Source of the DNA: Azolla caroliniana
Taxonomy: Eukaryota; Plantae; Polypodiophyta
Assembly: GCA_043228905.1 (NCBI GenBank)
Contig: JBHGNT010000009.1
Span: 14,508,001 to 14,572,000, forward strand
Reading direction: 5' to 3'
Length of the DNA: 64,000 bases
Each line of letters begins with the position of its first letter. The first letter of the stretch is position 1. The notes beneath the pieces were generated by a model. The model was not told where the DNA came from. It did not search any database and was given only the letters and a program-made list of their open reading frames with translations. Both the position numbers and the translations under genes were made by a program. Below are positions 38,044 through 51,435 of the stretch, one piece after another.

Positions 38044-38793
38044 TGTTGGAAGACAGGTCCCTCCGGATGGGAAAGGAGAAGAACAGTGCTGATGAACAAA
38101 CTCGGCCGAGGCCGAAACCGTATGAGGAGTACCCGGCCACGGAGAGCCGGATGGTACAGACCCGGTGAAGACCGAATGAGGAGTACCCGGCTACGGAGAG
38201 CCGGATGGTGCAGACCCGGTGAAGACCGGATGAGGAGTACCCGGCTACGGAGAGCCGGATGGTGCAGACCCGGTGAGAACCGGATGAGGAGTACCCGGTT
38301 ACGGAGAGCCGGATGGTGCAGACCCGGTGAGAACCGGATGAAGAGACATATTCGTAAATATGTTTCTAAGAGTCCATCGAGGCTATATTTGTAAATAGCT
38401 GAAAATTCATATTAGTATAAATATGACTTAGGGCAAACTTTTAGGTTACTGTTGTTATTGTTATTCTTGTTGGCGCAAGGAGAGAGAGCGCGGAACTGTG
38501 TATAGAGAGAGAGAGAGAGAAAGAGGTCGTTGCCTCTGTTGTAACCGCCGCCTGTGGCGAGGATCGTGAGCACGAGGTCGTTGCCTCCGTGAACTCACTG
38601 TTGTACATTCTAGCATAGTGATAGTTTGCAGTCTGTGGGCTGCCGTGGTTTTTCCCTTAGTTTGGGTTTTCCACGTAAACATCTTGTGTACACTTCTCTT
38701 CTTCGTGTCGTTCATTATTTCCTGTTTCTGTGTATGATTCTAAGCTTGGTTGTGGCCGAGCGTTGCGTATAAGGAGCGGTGCAGTTCGCGTCA
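38044..38793 (+). mobile_element. Solo LTR (Copia, related to 35054-35637) with a 4 x 54-bp internal tandem repeat (38122-38337)
   Basis: TGTTGG...GCGTCA flanked by TAATG/TAACG; removing it restores the integrase sequence seen at ~16825-16850. Confidence 0.88.
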
Positions 38794-40171
38794 TAACGTT
38801 CCCATTTTGTTGGTTTTGTACCAACGTATGCTCAAAGCATGTCCTCAAAAATTTGATTTACTCGTTCTGTCTGCCCATCGGATTGAGGATGATCCGTGGA
38901 GCTCATGCTCAATGTAGTTTCTAACTTCTTAAAGACTTGTGTCTAGAAGTCACTAGTAAACTTTGGGTCTCGATCACTCACAATATCCATCGGTAACCCA
39001 TAAAACGAAATAACTCGTCAATGAATTGGTAAGCCAATTCATGAGCTATTATCGTGATTTTCGTAGCAATAAATCTGGCCATTTTAGTTAGTATGTCTAC
39101 CACAACCTAGATGGCATCGTAACCTTTTTGGGTACGAGGAAGGCTCACAATCAAATCTATGGATATACTTTCCCACTTATTATTGGGAATGTCCAAGGGA
39201 TGTAAAAGTCCTGCGGATTTAAGTTGCTCGACTTTGTTAACCTAACATTGGTGACATTTAGTCACATAGCTATGTATGTCAGGACGCATCTTAGGCCAAT
39301 AAAATTGAGTGGAGATGAGAATGAGTGTACGATGTATTCTAGGGTGCCCCGCAGAGGATGCATCATGGCATTCAAAAATAATTCTCTTTTTGACCTCAGG
39401 CAAATCTGGAACACAAACCTTCCCATTATGGTAGAGCAGACTGTTAGCAATGTGGAAATATTCCTTTGAGGATGTGGTGGTCTCTGTTCCAGACTCAACT
39501 CTTGCCCAATATTTCGCAAAATAACTGTGATTAGGATACTTTCCTCGAAGGTGATCATAAAGATCTGATGTTATTTCAGTGAAGCTAAGCATGTTAACTT
39601 CACGGATGCGACTTAGTGCATCATCAACAGTGTTCATGGAACCTTTATGATATCGTATGGAAAAATCAAAGTCCTAGATGAGATCAAGTTTCTTACTGTC
39701 AAATGCTATTGGTTTACCATCTTGATATAAGACAACACCTATAACATAATCTCTTGCATCGGTTTCAACCTCAAAAGGTTTTGAAGGATTAGGTAAAAGA
39801 AGCAAAGGAGCCATGCACACCAAGTCCTTGAGTTCCTTAAAGGTGAGGTCTAGTGTAGCATTCCAGACAATAGGTTTTGTAGACTTACGTGTTTGAACTT
39901 TTAGAAGATCAATAAACGGTGTCATCAATTGGGAGTAATTATGAAGGGATTTTCGCAAAAACCCAACAAAACCAAGGAATGATCGAACTTCTCGAATATT
40001 TCAAAGAGTGGGCCAAAGCTTGATTTTCTCGATGCGAGAAGGATCAATTTCAACTCCTCGTTCGGTTATGAGATGTCCAAGATAAGTAATTGATTTCTTG
40101 AAGAACTCACATTTTGAGATCTTCGCATAAAACTGTTTGTCACACAATGTTTGTAAAACAAAGCGGACATG

Positions 40172-43100
40172 TGTAGAAAGTAGCGTGCGGAAGCAAGGAT
40201 GAAGACCGAACAGAAGGAGGGAAAGTCAGGTTTAATGGAGAGCTTGAGCTTACACGGTATACGTGGGAGAGACAGAGAGTGAGAGCGAGATAAAACACAA
40301 AAAACTATATTCAACACTCTATTCACTACTCTGTATACATATGTGTGTTCAATGAACACTTTTATACAAGTCCTAGAAGGACTGACCGAAGTACTGACAA
40401 TACTTCAATGTTCATTAAGAGCTCCTACACTAACTCCCAAATATATTCCTCACGGAATATCTTTCCTAACGGCCTCCCGGTTTACGCACTCGGCCTAACT
40501 GATCGGTCCCAACTGATCCGGTTCTCGGCTTCTTCAGCTGATCCGGTCGATGTTGAGCTTGTCTCTCAACACTCCCCCTCAAGCTCAACTCGAGGCTCTT
40601 CGGGATCTTCGGGCTCATAGCTCCGGTTCCTCCTGGCTTCATGCCTCGCTCGCGCTCCTCGACCTGTTCGACTCCGCGCGCTTCGACCCTTCCGGTCGGC
40701 TTGTCTGCTCATTTGGCCCTTATCAGCTCTTCTGTTGTTGCGGTGTTGAAGCTTCTCCTGCTGCCTTTTCTTCCGCTTGGGCCTCGGTTGATTCAGCGTA
40801 TCTGAATCAAACATCTGAACCGGCTCGGCTACCTCCGATCGGTTTTCGCTCTCGTCCGAGTTGGCTGTCTCCAACTCGTCTTCGGTCTTCTCGCCCTCGA
40901 TGGCGTCATCTTCCCTATGCGTGGTTGGCTTCGGCTCTCTCCTTCGGCTGCTCCCCTTCTGTCCGCTTCCGGACTTTTCCGTGGGTCCGCCCTCGGCTTC
41001 TTCAGCCGATCCGAAGTCGAACTCGACAACTGACTCGGTGTCGCGGACAACTGACTCGGTGTCGCGGTCTCCGCTCCTTTCCTGCTACCTTGCTTGGTCG
41101 TTCGGGACTGTTCTCCCCCTCAAGTTCGGCACATCGAGGTGACGCAATCCGAGCGCACCTGAGAATTGCCGCAACTTGTCCAGACCAAGAGGCTTTGTGA
41201 AGATGTCGGCAGTCTGCCGATCCGTCTGCACATACTGAAGTTCAACTTCACCGGAAAGGACATGCTCACGGACGAAATGGTAGTGAACCTCAATGCGCTT
41301 GGTCCGTGTGTGGAAAACGGGGTTCTTCGCGAGCTGGATGCTGCTGAGGTTGTCGCAGTAGATCGTCGTCGGATCTGACACCTCCGCTTGCAGGTCCTTA
41401 AGTAGCCGCTTCAACCATATGGCTTCGCATGTCGCGACAGCCGCTCCTCGGTACTCAACTGTCGGCTGCTTCTTACTACTCCACGCGATCGCGACACTCC
41501 TGAGGGAGAACGCATATCCAGACGTGGATCGGCGATCGGCGGCATTGCCAACCCAATCAGCATCGGTGTAGCCGACTAACTTCGCGGCTGCACCGATCCG
41601 ATATAGCAGTCCTCGGTCCTTAGTGCCACTTACGTACCGCAGTACGCGTTGCGCACACTGAAGGTGCTCCTCGGTAGGTCGCGCCATGAACTGACTGATC
41701 ACCCCGAACGGATAACTGAGGTCGGGTCGGGTGATGGTCAAGTATATGAGGCTTCCGACAATTTGTCAGAACCTCGTCGGGTTGCATACCTCTCCCGTAT
41801 CGGGACGAAGCTTGATGGTTCTGTCCAGAGGAGTCGAGACGGACTTATAGTCGGCCATCCCGAGTTTGAAGAGCATACCCAGCACGTAATGACATTGGCT
41901 AATCAATATGCCTTCGGGGGTACGGATCACTTCGATCCCGAGGAAGTAATGAAGGTCCCCCAGATCCTTCATGTCAAACGATGCCGCAAGCTGGAGCTTC
42001 ACGCGGTCGATTTCGCCTAGGTTGGCGCCGGTGATGACCAAGTCATCGACATATAGTAGAATACTAACCGGTCCGAGTTGACCTTTCCAGATGAACAGGG
42101 AAGAATCCGATTTTGACGTGACGAAGCCCATCCGACGCAGTCGTTGCGTGATCTTCGCGTTCCAGGCACGCGGGGCTTGCTTCAGTCCGTAAAGGGACTT
42201 CTTCAGTCGGCATACTACCGAGGAGTTCGTTCCGGAATGGAATCCGGGAGGCTATACCATGTACACCTGTTCCTCAAGGTCACCTTGCAGGAACGCATTC
42301 TTTACATCCATCTGATGTAGGTGCCACCCCTTCGCCGCGGCTACTGCGAGCAAAACACGGACGGTCATCATTTTCGCGACCGGCGCAAACATCTCATCGT
42401 AGTCGATGCCGTGTTTCAGCACGTAGCCCTTTGCCACTAGCCGAGCCTTGTACCGGTTGACCGAGCCATCGGTGTTGTACTTGACTTTGTACACCCACCT
42501 ACACCCGATCGGTTTTACCCCTGTTGGTGCATCAACCAGGTCCCAAGTCTCGTTCTCTGCCAATGCGTGCATCTCTTCCTCCATCGCGGCATGCCAATTC
42601 GCGTCTTGAGCCGCTTCTGCGTAGCGCTCCGGCTCACGCACTTTCGCTACACGGGTCATGTACGCATAAGGATGCGCCATGTACTCATTGTATCCGAACC
42701 GCAAAACAGGATTCTTCTGGCGGGTAGATCGGTGTAATCTCACATTAGCCGATGTCGAGGCCTTCTCGGTCGATGTTGACTTCACTTTTAAAGACCCGTC
42801 ACCGGTTCCCTCGGAGTCGGACTCGCGTTGGTCTGACTCGTTCCTATCCGTGTCGGAATCCGACACCTTCTTCTTCCCTTTCTCTTTGCGTGTAAGCAGT
42901 CTCATCGGCTTCCTGCGTGGGGAATGCACGGCCGAGTCTCCACTACTCGCAGACTCTTTATCGCACTAGTCGTACCGACTCAGCCGTCCGATCGGAGTGA
43001 AATCGGACTCTCTTCGCGGGTCTCGATTTCGGGCTCATCTGGAGGCATCTCGGCCTCGCTGATCTCATCGTCAGAGCTTGGATTGGAGTCGGGGTTCGTA

Positions 43101-45827
43101 GTCGGGGGTAGGTACCAGGACGCGGACTTGTCAAACACAACGTCGCGGCTTGTTTGGTGCGAGGGTTATAGCACTTATAACCCTTCTGCTCGTCCGAGTA
43201 ACCGACCAAGATGCATTTCTCGGCCTTTGCGTTCGGCTTCCTCCTTTTCTCCTTCGGTATATGCACATACGCAATCCTACCGAACACCCTCAAGTGTCGC
43301 AAGTTCGGCTTCGTTCCGAAATATAGCTCGTGCGCCGACACCTTGTCTCTGATCCGGTTCTGGATGTATACCGCGGTCCTTACCGCCTTGGCCCAGTAGA
43401 ACTTGGGCAAGCTCTTCTCCTCCAGCATTGCCCGTGCCGCTTCCACAACTGACCGATTCTTTCTCTCGGCCACGCCGTTCTACTCTAGCGTGTATCTACA
43501 ACTGAATTTGCGGCGAATTCCCATTTGTTGTAGGTAACCGTTGAATTGACTGGAAAAGTACTCTTTCCCGCCATCCGACAGCAAGCACTTGATCTTTCGT
43601 CTTGTTTTCGTTTCCACGAACCCTTTGAGGTCCCGAAAGCAGTCGAAGACTTCGCTCTTCCTCTCAATGAGGTAGATCCACGTGTGCCGCGTGTGGTCGT
43701 CGATGAAGGAGACGAAATATCGGCTCCCGCCAAGACTAACATTTTGTGTCGGCCCCCATACATCGGAGTGTATAAGGTCGAGCTTGTTCCGGCACCGGTT
43801 TCGTTCGTTGGGGAAGGGAAGTCAGTGTTGCTTCCCGAGCTGGCAGGCTTCACAAATTTGTGCCTTTTGGCCACTAAATTTGGGCAATCTGAACACTAGT
43901 TGTTTCAATTGCAGATCTTGAAGCCGCTGGTAGTTGACGTGGCCTATCCGCTTGTGCCACAAGTCGATGTACGACTCGGTTTTTCTTCCCTTCGCGAACA
44001 TTGCGGTGCCGCCGTCAGTGGAGTTGAGGATGAACATCCTCCCGTCTCTGCGCCCTTGCGCAATCACACGACCTTCTTCCTCAATGAAGCACCCGAGGTG
44101 TGTAAACCGAACCTCCATCCCTTGGTCGACGATCTGTCCGACCGAGACCAAGTTCTTCGTGATTGTCGGAACGTGCAGCACGTTCATGAGTTTCCCTTTC
44201 TGCCCGACGTGGCTAAGGGGAACTTCTCCAACATTCGCGATCGGATGCGGAGTGTCGTCTCCAGTCACGACTACTCCAGGTTGTATCAGTTTTTCCAGGT
44301 ACGAGAACCACTCCTTATGGCTCATCATGTGGTTTGACGCGCCGGAGTCTATGTACCACACCTCGTCCGATCTCGGGGTGGTCTATTTCATTGAGTTTGC
44401 TTCGTGTCTCATCACGAAGACAAACCATTCTTCGGCTCTCCCGAAGTCTTCGGCGTAGTGCGATCGCTGCTGATTTCCCTTGTCGGTATGTTTGGAGCCG
44501 TTTCCGGAACCAGTTCTCTCCGAATTGGCGCGCTTCTTCCAACACTCACTTTCCCTGTGGCCTTTCTTGCCACAGTACCAGCACTCCGCGATGGCCTTCC
44601 CTTGCCGGTTCTCATCGCTTCGACTCCCCCTGTTTCCGGAGGGTCCGGAGTTGCTGTCGGCATCAGTTTGGTGCCTTCTTCCTTGATCTCGTCGGCCGCC
44701 TCCATTGTGCGCCGACTCGCCTCGTCCTCCACGTCCACGGGGCCTATCTCCCTCCGTGTACAGCATTCTGCTGTCGGTGTGCGTGCTTGTAGACGCACCT
44801 ACGTGGTTCTCCTCTACCAGGAGCATTGACTGTAAGTCAAAAAAGGACGGCGTATTCTCCCGGGTACACATAGCCGTTCGGAACGCTCTGAACTTCGACG
44901 CCAAACCTCCGAGACAGATCTGGACCATCTCACTCTCCTCGATGTTCACCTCTATGGGGGCGAGGGAGTTGCAGATATCCTTGATCTTCGAGGTATAGTC
45001 CGCCACCAACAAGTCGCGTTGTCGTAGGTTTCTCAACTCCTATCGGAGCTGAAGCTTCCTGGCTGTGGTGCTCACGGCGAAAATCTTCTTGAGATTTTCC
45101 CACGCACCCTTCGGCGTCTTTGCATCCTGAACATAGCTCAATAGCTGTTCGCCCACACACGATGCGAAGCAGTATAATACCCTGCTCGCCGATTGCTCCC
45201 ACGACGGGAAGTCTCTGTGTGTCGATTCGGGTGCCGCGTCATTAGCTCCTTCGACATAACTCCAGTAGTCGTGCCCGAGTAGGTACTGGTGCATCTTGTA
45301 GGACCAAGACGCGTAGTTGGTTCTGTCGAGCTTCTTTGTTGGAATCGAGCTCGCCATGCCTCTATCCATCGTTCTTCTTGTTCTTCTTCGTCAAGCTGCG
45401 TCGGCTGCAGAGAGGTTCTCAACCCTCGCGCTCTAATACCATGCAGAAAGTAGCGTGCGGAAGCAAGTATGAAGTCCAAACAGAAGGAGGGAAACTCAGG
45501 TTTAATGGAGAGCTTGAGCTTACACGGTATACGCGGGAGAGACAGAGAGTGAGAGTGAGATAAAACACAAAAAACTATATTCAACACTCTATTCACTACT
45601 CTGTATACATATGTGTGTTCAATGAACACTTTTATACAAGTCCTAGAAGGACTGACTGAAGTACTGACAATACTTCAATGCTCATTAAGAGCTCCTACAC
45701 TAACTCCCAAATATATTCCTCACGGAATATCTTTCCTAACGGCCTCCCGGTTTACGGACTCGGCCTAACCGATCCGGTCCTCGGCTTCTTTAGCCGATCC
45801 GGCCGATGTTGAGCTTGTCTCTCAACA
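40172..45827 (-). mobile_element. Full-length Ty1/copia (LTRs 45442-45827 and 40172-40571) with a few stops and frameshifts
   Basis: Perfect ACATG TSD; PBS TGGTATTAGAGC; gag with CWYCGKKGHRESEC; PR WYIDSGASNH; INT; [11 protein letters not shown] and YVDD; RNase H CDNLSSI and ADIFTK; PPT CTTGAGGGGGAG. Confidence 0.96.
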
Positions 45828-48800
45828 ACATGTTTAGCATGTTCTTGTAATGTACGGCTATAAACTAAAATATCATCCAAGAAAATAACGACAAATTTTC
45901 CAAGTTGTTCTCGGAAAATGTCATTCATTTCTTGTTGAAATGTAGTTGGAGCATTGGTCAAACCAAAAGGCATAACCAAAAACTCATAATGGCCATAGCG
46001 TGTATGAAATGTCGTTTTAGGAACATCGTCCTCACTTATACGAATTTGATGGTAGCCAGTACAGAGATGAAGTTTCGTAAAATGCTGAGCTCCCTGGAGA
46101 CGGTCAATTAGATTGTCAGCCTGGGGCAATGGATACGAATTCTTGATCGTCACTTTATTCAAGTGTCGATAATTAATACATATACGCCATGTGTCCTCTT
46201 TCTTTTTAACCAAGAGAACTGGTGCACCCCATGGAGATTTACTATAACGTATATAACCCATTCGTAAATAGTCCTTGAGTTACTTAGCTACCTCATCCTC
46301 TTCGGATCGACTTAAGCGATAAGGAGGTATACTTATTGGTGCAACGCCAGGTACAATATCTATAGGATGGTCTATATTACATTTAGGAGGTAATCCATTT
46401 GGTAGTGCACTCGGAAAAACATCGCAAAAATCATTTAAGATTTCATCAAGTTGTTGTTGTTCAAAATATGATAATTGAACTGAGACATTATCGATATTGT
46501 AAACGTGAATGTCTAGATCAAGTACACAATAAAATATAGTAGAACAAGACAACTCGGATATTGATGGAGAGGAAACAATCGAGAGGGATTGTTTTTTTAT
46601 ACAATGAATAAAATGAGTACAATCTTTCAGTACAAAAGTTATTGAATGATGAACCCAATCAATAGATAAAGAAGAGTTTTTATTATAGAACCAGGGATAA
46701 CCCAGTATTACATTAGTGGTACAAATATTAATTACATGGAAGTCTACTTCCTCTATATAAGTATCAATAGAAATTCCTAATGAATGAATCGCCTCGTTGA
46801 TGTATTGTACTCTTCCATCAGCCAAGTGCACCGTATAGGTGTGATCACTTACGGTGAGTTGGATTCCACATATCTGAACCAAACGATCATTCACAAAGTT
46901 GTGTCAGCTTCCCGAATCAAACAAAAATTGTACGGGAGATCCATTCATATACCCGTTTGCACATAGTAAATCATTGGGACCCAATACATAGTGAGGGAAA
47001 GAACATTGACAATTACTTAAATGATGTATATAGACCTGAAGGACATTAGGAATCTGACCTTTATGGTCTACAACTTTAGCTTTGCTATTGTGCTCTTTCC
47101 GTTGGAGCTTTCAACATTGCTCTTTTTTGTGACCCCCTTCTTTTTGCAGAATACGCAAAAAGGATGTTGTCGCTTACAATCGTGATCCATGAATTCGTTG
47201 GGTGTCTTGCGTTTCCCAGCAAATTACCACTGCTTAGTCCCGAGCGCTTTGTTGGGTTTGTTGTGGTCCTTCTTCGAAGTGCGTGATAGCGAAGAACTAT
47301 TTCAACGACCCCTTCAAAGGATTTTGGATCCTTATCGTGCATTATCCAGTGATAGTCTGAATTGGGGATGTCATTGACAAAACAAGCTATTAACCAATTG
47401 TCTCCTTCTAGACCCAATTTTTGGATTTGGGTTCTAGCATGGTGGACATAGTCTTCTAGCGAGGAAAACTTCCTGCTAGAGAGGTTCATTAAAGCTTGTG
47501 TTGCCTTGGTTCGAAAGGGAGGTTGCAGAAATTGGCCCTTGAAAACTGTGACAAAATTTGTCCAGGTATCGGGCAATTTCCCCAAAGTACGGAGCCCACG
47601 CCACTAGGCGGCGGCCTTACCCCTTAGTTCTCGGCCGACATATGCAATCTTCGTACTATCTGGCATGAGATAGGGCTCAAAATGAGACTCCCATCGGCCC
47701 AGCCACGTGCAGATTGCTTCTTTGGTTCTTTCCTTTTTTTCTCCCGTAAATGGCTTAATGACAAACGATGATTCACCCTATCGCTCATCTGGTCTATTAG
47801 TCTCACGTTGTAAACTAATGACACTCGCCTCGAGAGCACTTTGAAATTGCCAAAGTTCAGTTATCGGTTGAGCGGTGAAACTAAGGTATTGGCTTATTTG
47901 TGAAAAGTACATCTCCATGGACATTTGTCTAGGAGGATTTCCTTGGGTTCCTTCTGCTTGAGCGGATCACATCGGGTCGTTATTTTGAGCCATTGAATGA
48001 TTATTTTTGGCAAAGAAATAGGATAAGGTCTGACAAATAGTCATAACATCGTGTCGTGATGTAAACATATCATGGGCAAACATTAATCGATATCATGATC
48101 TCACGTCCGGGACTAAGTAGTGGCAATATATACGATCACAAATATACGATCAAATACGTATACATGTGACCACATATGCATATATAAAAGAAATCGTAAT
48201 ATAAAATAGCAAAAAATGATGTAATCGAGATACGTAAGCCAGACATATACCCTCTACGCACACGAAACATCTAAAAATAAGGGTTAATCATAATACGCAA
48301 TTGAGGTATTGACCTCATACGCATACAACACCAAACGCATATCATATACATACAAATCAAGGGAATGACCTCATACGCAAACGTAACATATGTTTGTGAA
48401 CGTAATACGTAATTGAGGTATTAACCTCGTACGCATACAACACTAATCACATATTAAATATATGTCAAATGAGGTATTGACCTCGTGCACGTATGTAAAT
48501 GTTTTATATAACCAATTAATTACCACTACAACATCATTGAATTAATGAAAAAAAAATACATATGACCATATACATGATTAGAAGGAAGAAGAAAGAATAG
48601 AAAAAAAAAACAAGAAAGATTACCGAAGTTCCTTTGTTGATCGTTGTCTGGATCAAGGCCGATGGCACATCGATCGATCACCATCAATCAAGAAGACAAA
48701 AAGACAACAAAAGAAACATTAGAACATGAGCTCTGATACCAACTATTAGAGATATGCCCTAATGTAAGCATATGATAAGGATAAAAGAATGATAGATAGA

Positions 48801-50801
48801 TAGATAGAAAGGAGAGAGAGAAAGAAGGGTGCCGATCCACCCGACCACCCCCGAGCGAAGGAATCGAGACGGACTCGAGCCTCGATCGACGTCCCATACC
48901 ACCGTCGTGGCATCGAGTCGTACCTGGTGCTGGCACGCTTGCTACAAGAGTTGACCCACCACAAGAACAGAGTCTCGACGTAGTCAAAAGATGATGAAAT
49001 GAGGGTAGCTAGGCCTCTTATTTATAGCGATACCCAAGGCCCTCAAGCAAGTTCACAATTGACCTAATGGGTTGTCTCAATCCTGAGGATTAAAAGTAAT
49101 CCTCCCCTTCTTTACACTCTCGTTTAACCCTCACACTTATCCACGTGTATAGAATACTACGGTAAATTCTCACCACGGGATATTATATGGTCATGCTCGT
49201 AACAACTGGTGAGTTGTGGCACAAAAGACTGTGTCACATGAGTGAGAAGGGGATGAAGACTCTTGCCGAAGACAACCTCATTCCGGTGAACGACATGAAA
49301 CTTGAGAAGTGCAATGATTGCTTGGCCAGCAAGCAAAACCAAACCTCCTTCCAATCAAGACCACCGATGAGACGGAATGCACCACTGGAGTTGGTGCACA
49401 CCGATGTGTGTCAAGTGGACACGAAGTCACATGCCAGATCGCAGTACTTCGTGACGTTCATAGATGACCACGACTGGAAGTTGTGGGCCTCACCACTGAA
49501 GACAAAGGATCAAGTGTTATCCGTCTTCAAGGAGCTCCACGCGAGAGTGGAAAGAGAAACCGATTGGAAGTTGAAGGCCGTTCGAGCGGACAACGGAGGA
49601 GAATACCAGGGGCAGTTCAAGGAGTACTACCAGTCGAAGGGAATCCGGCTCGAATTTACCGTGCCGAAGACGCCGGAATTGAACGGGTTGGCCGAACGGA
49701 TTAACCGAACCGTAATGGAGAGAGTCCGGAGCATGCTCTCCGAGAGAAAAGAGCCCCCCGGAGATTTCCGGATGTAGAGCATGTGTTCCTAACCGATGAG
49801 GGGGAGCCGGAGAGCTTCGAAGAAGCAAAACGAGACACCCATAACTGCAAGTGGTTGAGTGCCATGCAAGATGAGATGGATTCCCTGCATAAGAACTACA
49901 CATATGAACTAATGGAGGAACAAGTGGGTGTGCAAACTCAAACCGGGAGATGCCGAAAATCCACCAAGGTATAAGGCCCAAATCGTGGTGAAGGGCTTTC
50001 AGCAGAAGAAAAGAGTGGATTTCGATGAGATCTTTCCCCCGGTAGTAAAGATGACATCTATCCAGATGGTATTGGGTATAGCGGCAAGCATGGACCTCGA
50101 GGTAGAGCAACTGGACGTCAAGACGACATTCCTACATGGAGACCTCGAAGAAGAAATCTACCTGCATCAACTGGAAGGATTTGAGAAGAAAGGGAAGAAG
50201 CACCTAGTGTGACGGCTGAAGAAGAGCCTATACAGACTGAAGCAAGCCCTCCAGCAATGGTACCGGAAATTCGATTCCTTCATGACCGACCAAGGGTACC
50301 ACAAAATGCAAGCCGATCACTGCGTGTTTGTGAAGAAATTTGACGGAGGAGATTTCTTGATACTCCTCCTATATGTGGATGATATGTTGATCGTCGGGCG
50401 AGACCAAGGAAAGATTCGGATAGTGAAGAAGGCTCTGAACCAGACCTTCTCAATGAAATACTTGGGTCCAGCAAGACAAATATTGGGAATGCACTTCATC
50501 CGGAACCGGTAGAAGAAGCTGGTGTGGTTGTCACAGGAGAAGTACGTGACAAATGTGCTTCAACGGTTCAACTTGTCGGAGGCGAAACTAGTCGGATCGG
50601 CACTTCCGGCAAACTGCAAGCTGTCCGGAAAACAAAGCCCGAGGACAAAGGCGGAGAAGACGGATATGATGAAGATACCATATGCCTCTACCGTCAGGAG
50701 CCTGATGTACGCAATGGTATGTACCCGGCCGAATATCGGATATGCAATCAGAGTGGTGAGTTGGTTCATGAGCAATCCTAGAAGAGAGCATTGGAACGCG
50801 G

Positions 50802-51256
50802 TGTCGTGAAGAATTTTGGCCAGAGGCGGAAACCGGGAAACATTGGCTACATCGGCGGGGTGCAGCGTGTGTACACACCCATGAACATTTAGTGTGAATA
50901 TCGAGGGCGCCTTTATGGTGCCGAAGAGTAGTCAAGTCGGGACATACTATCTCATGTAAGTCGGGATTTATCCCACATTGTAACGCATCCCTCTCCTTGT
51001 TCTATAAAAGGAAGGGAACGCCCTTTGTGAAAGGGTTGCCCATTTTGCATTAGAGGGTATACCGTTAGGTTTAGAGTTTTCTTCTTCTTCTTCCTCTTCT
51101 TCTCCCCCTTCGTGTTCGCTTAGGGTTTGCTTCAGCTCATCTCCTGCGCAAGACCCCACTCGGCGCGACGAGCCCGTGAGCTCCCCGACGGCGGCTTGGC
51201 AGCAGACGACTATTGTAACCTACCTCAGTCCGGCTCGACGCCGGGAATGTATTTTT

Positions 51257-51293
<37 letters not shown>

Positions 51294-51387
51294 TGCTTGT
51301 GTATATTCGCGTCGTTATTGGCCTCGGGTGCTTACCCTTTCCTGCGTTTTCTGTGCATAAGGCGTGAGTCGGGTTGGGCTGTGTGTG

Positions 51388-51435
<48 letters not shown>

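Larger units (their letters stand above)
36932..49204 (-). mobile_element. Full-length Ty3/gypsy chromovirus (LTRs 48744-49204 and 36932-37337), degenerate, with two nested insertions
   Basis: PBS TGGTATCAGAGC (reverse, 48730-48741); gag ~47085-47600; PR FDSGS ~46915; [30 protein letters not shown]; RNase H FEVETDA; integrase; chromodomain FKIKWMDKSIKDATWE; PPT. Degenerate 5-bp TSD GCCGG/ACTGG. Confidence 0.92.

Noticed and set aside
37921-38394. ORF with MRSTRLRRAGWCRPGEDR repeats
   Set aside because: Translation of the 54-bp LTR repeat fused to antisense integrase; no support for coding.
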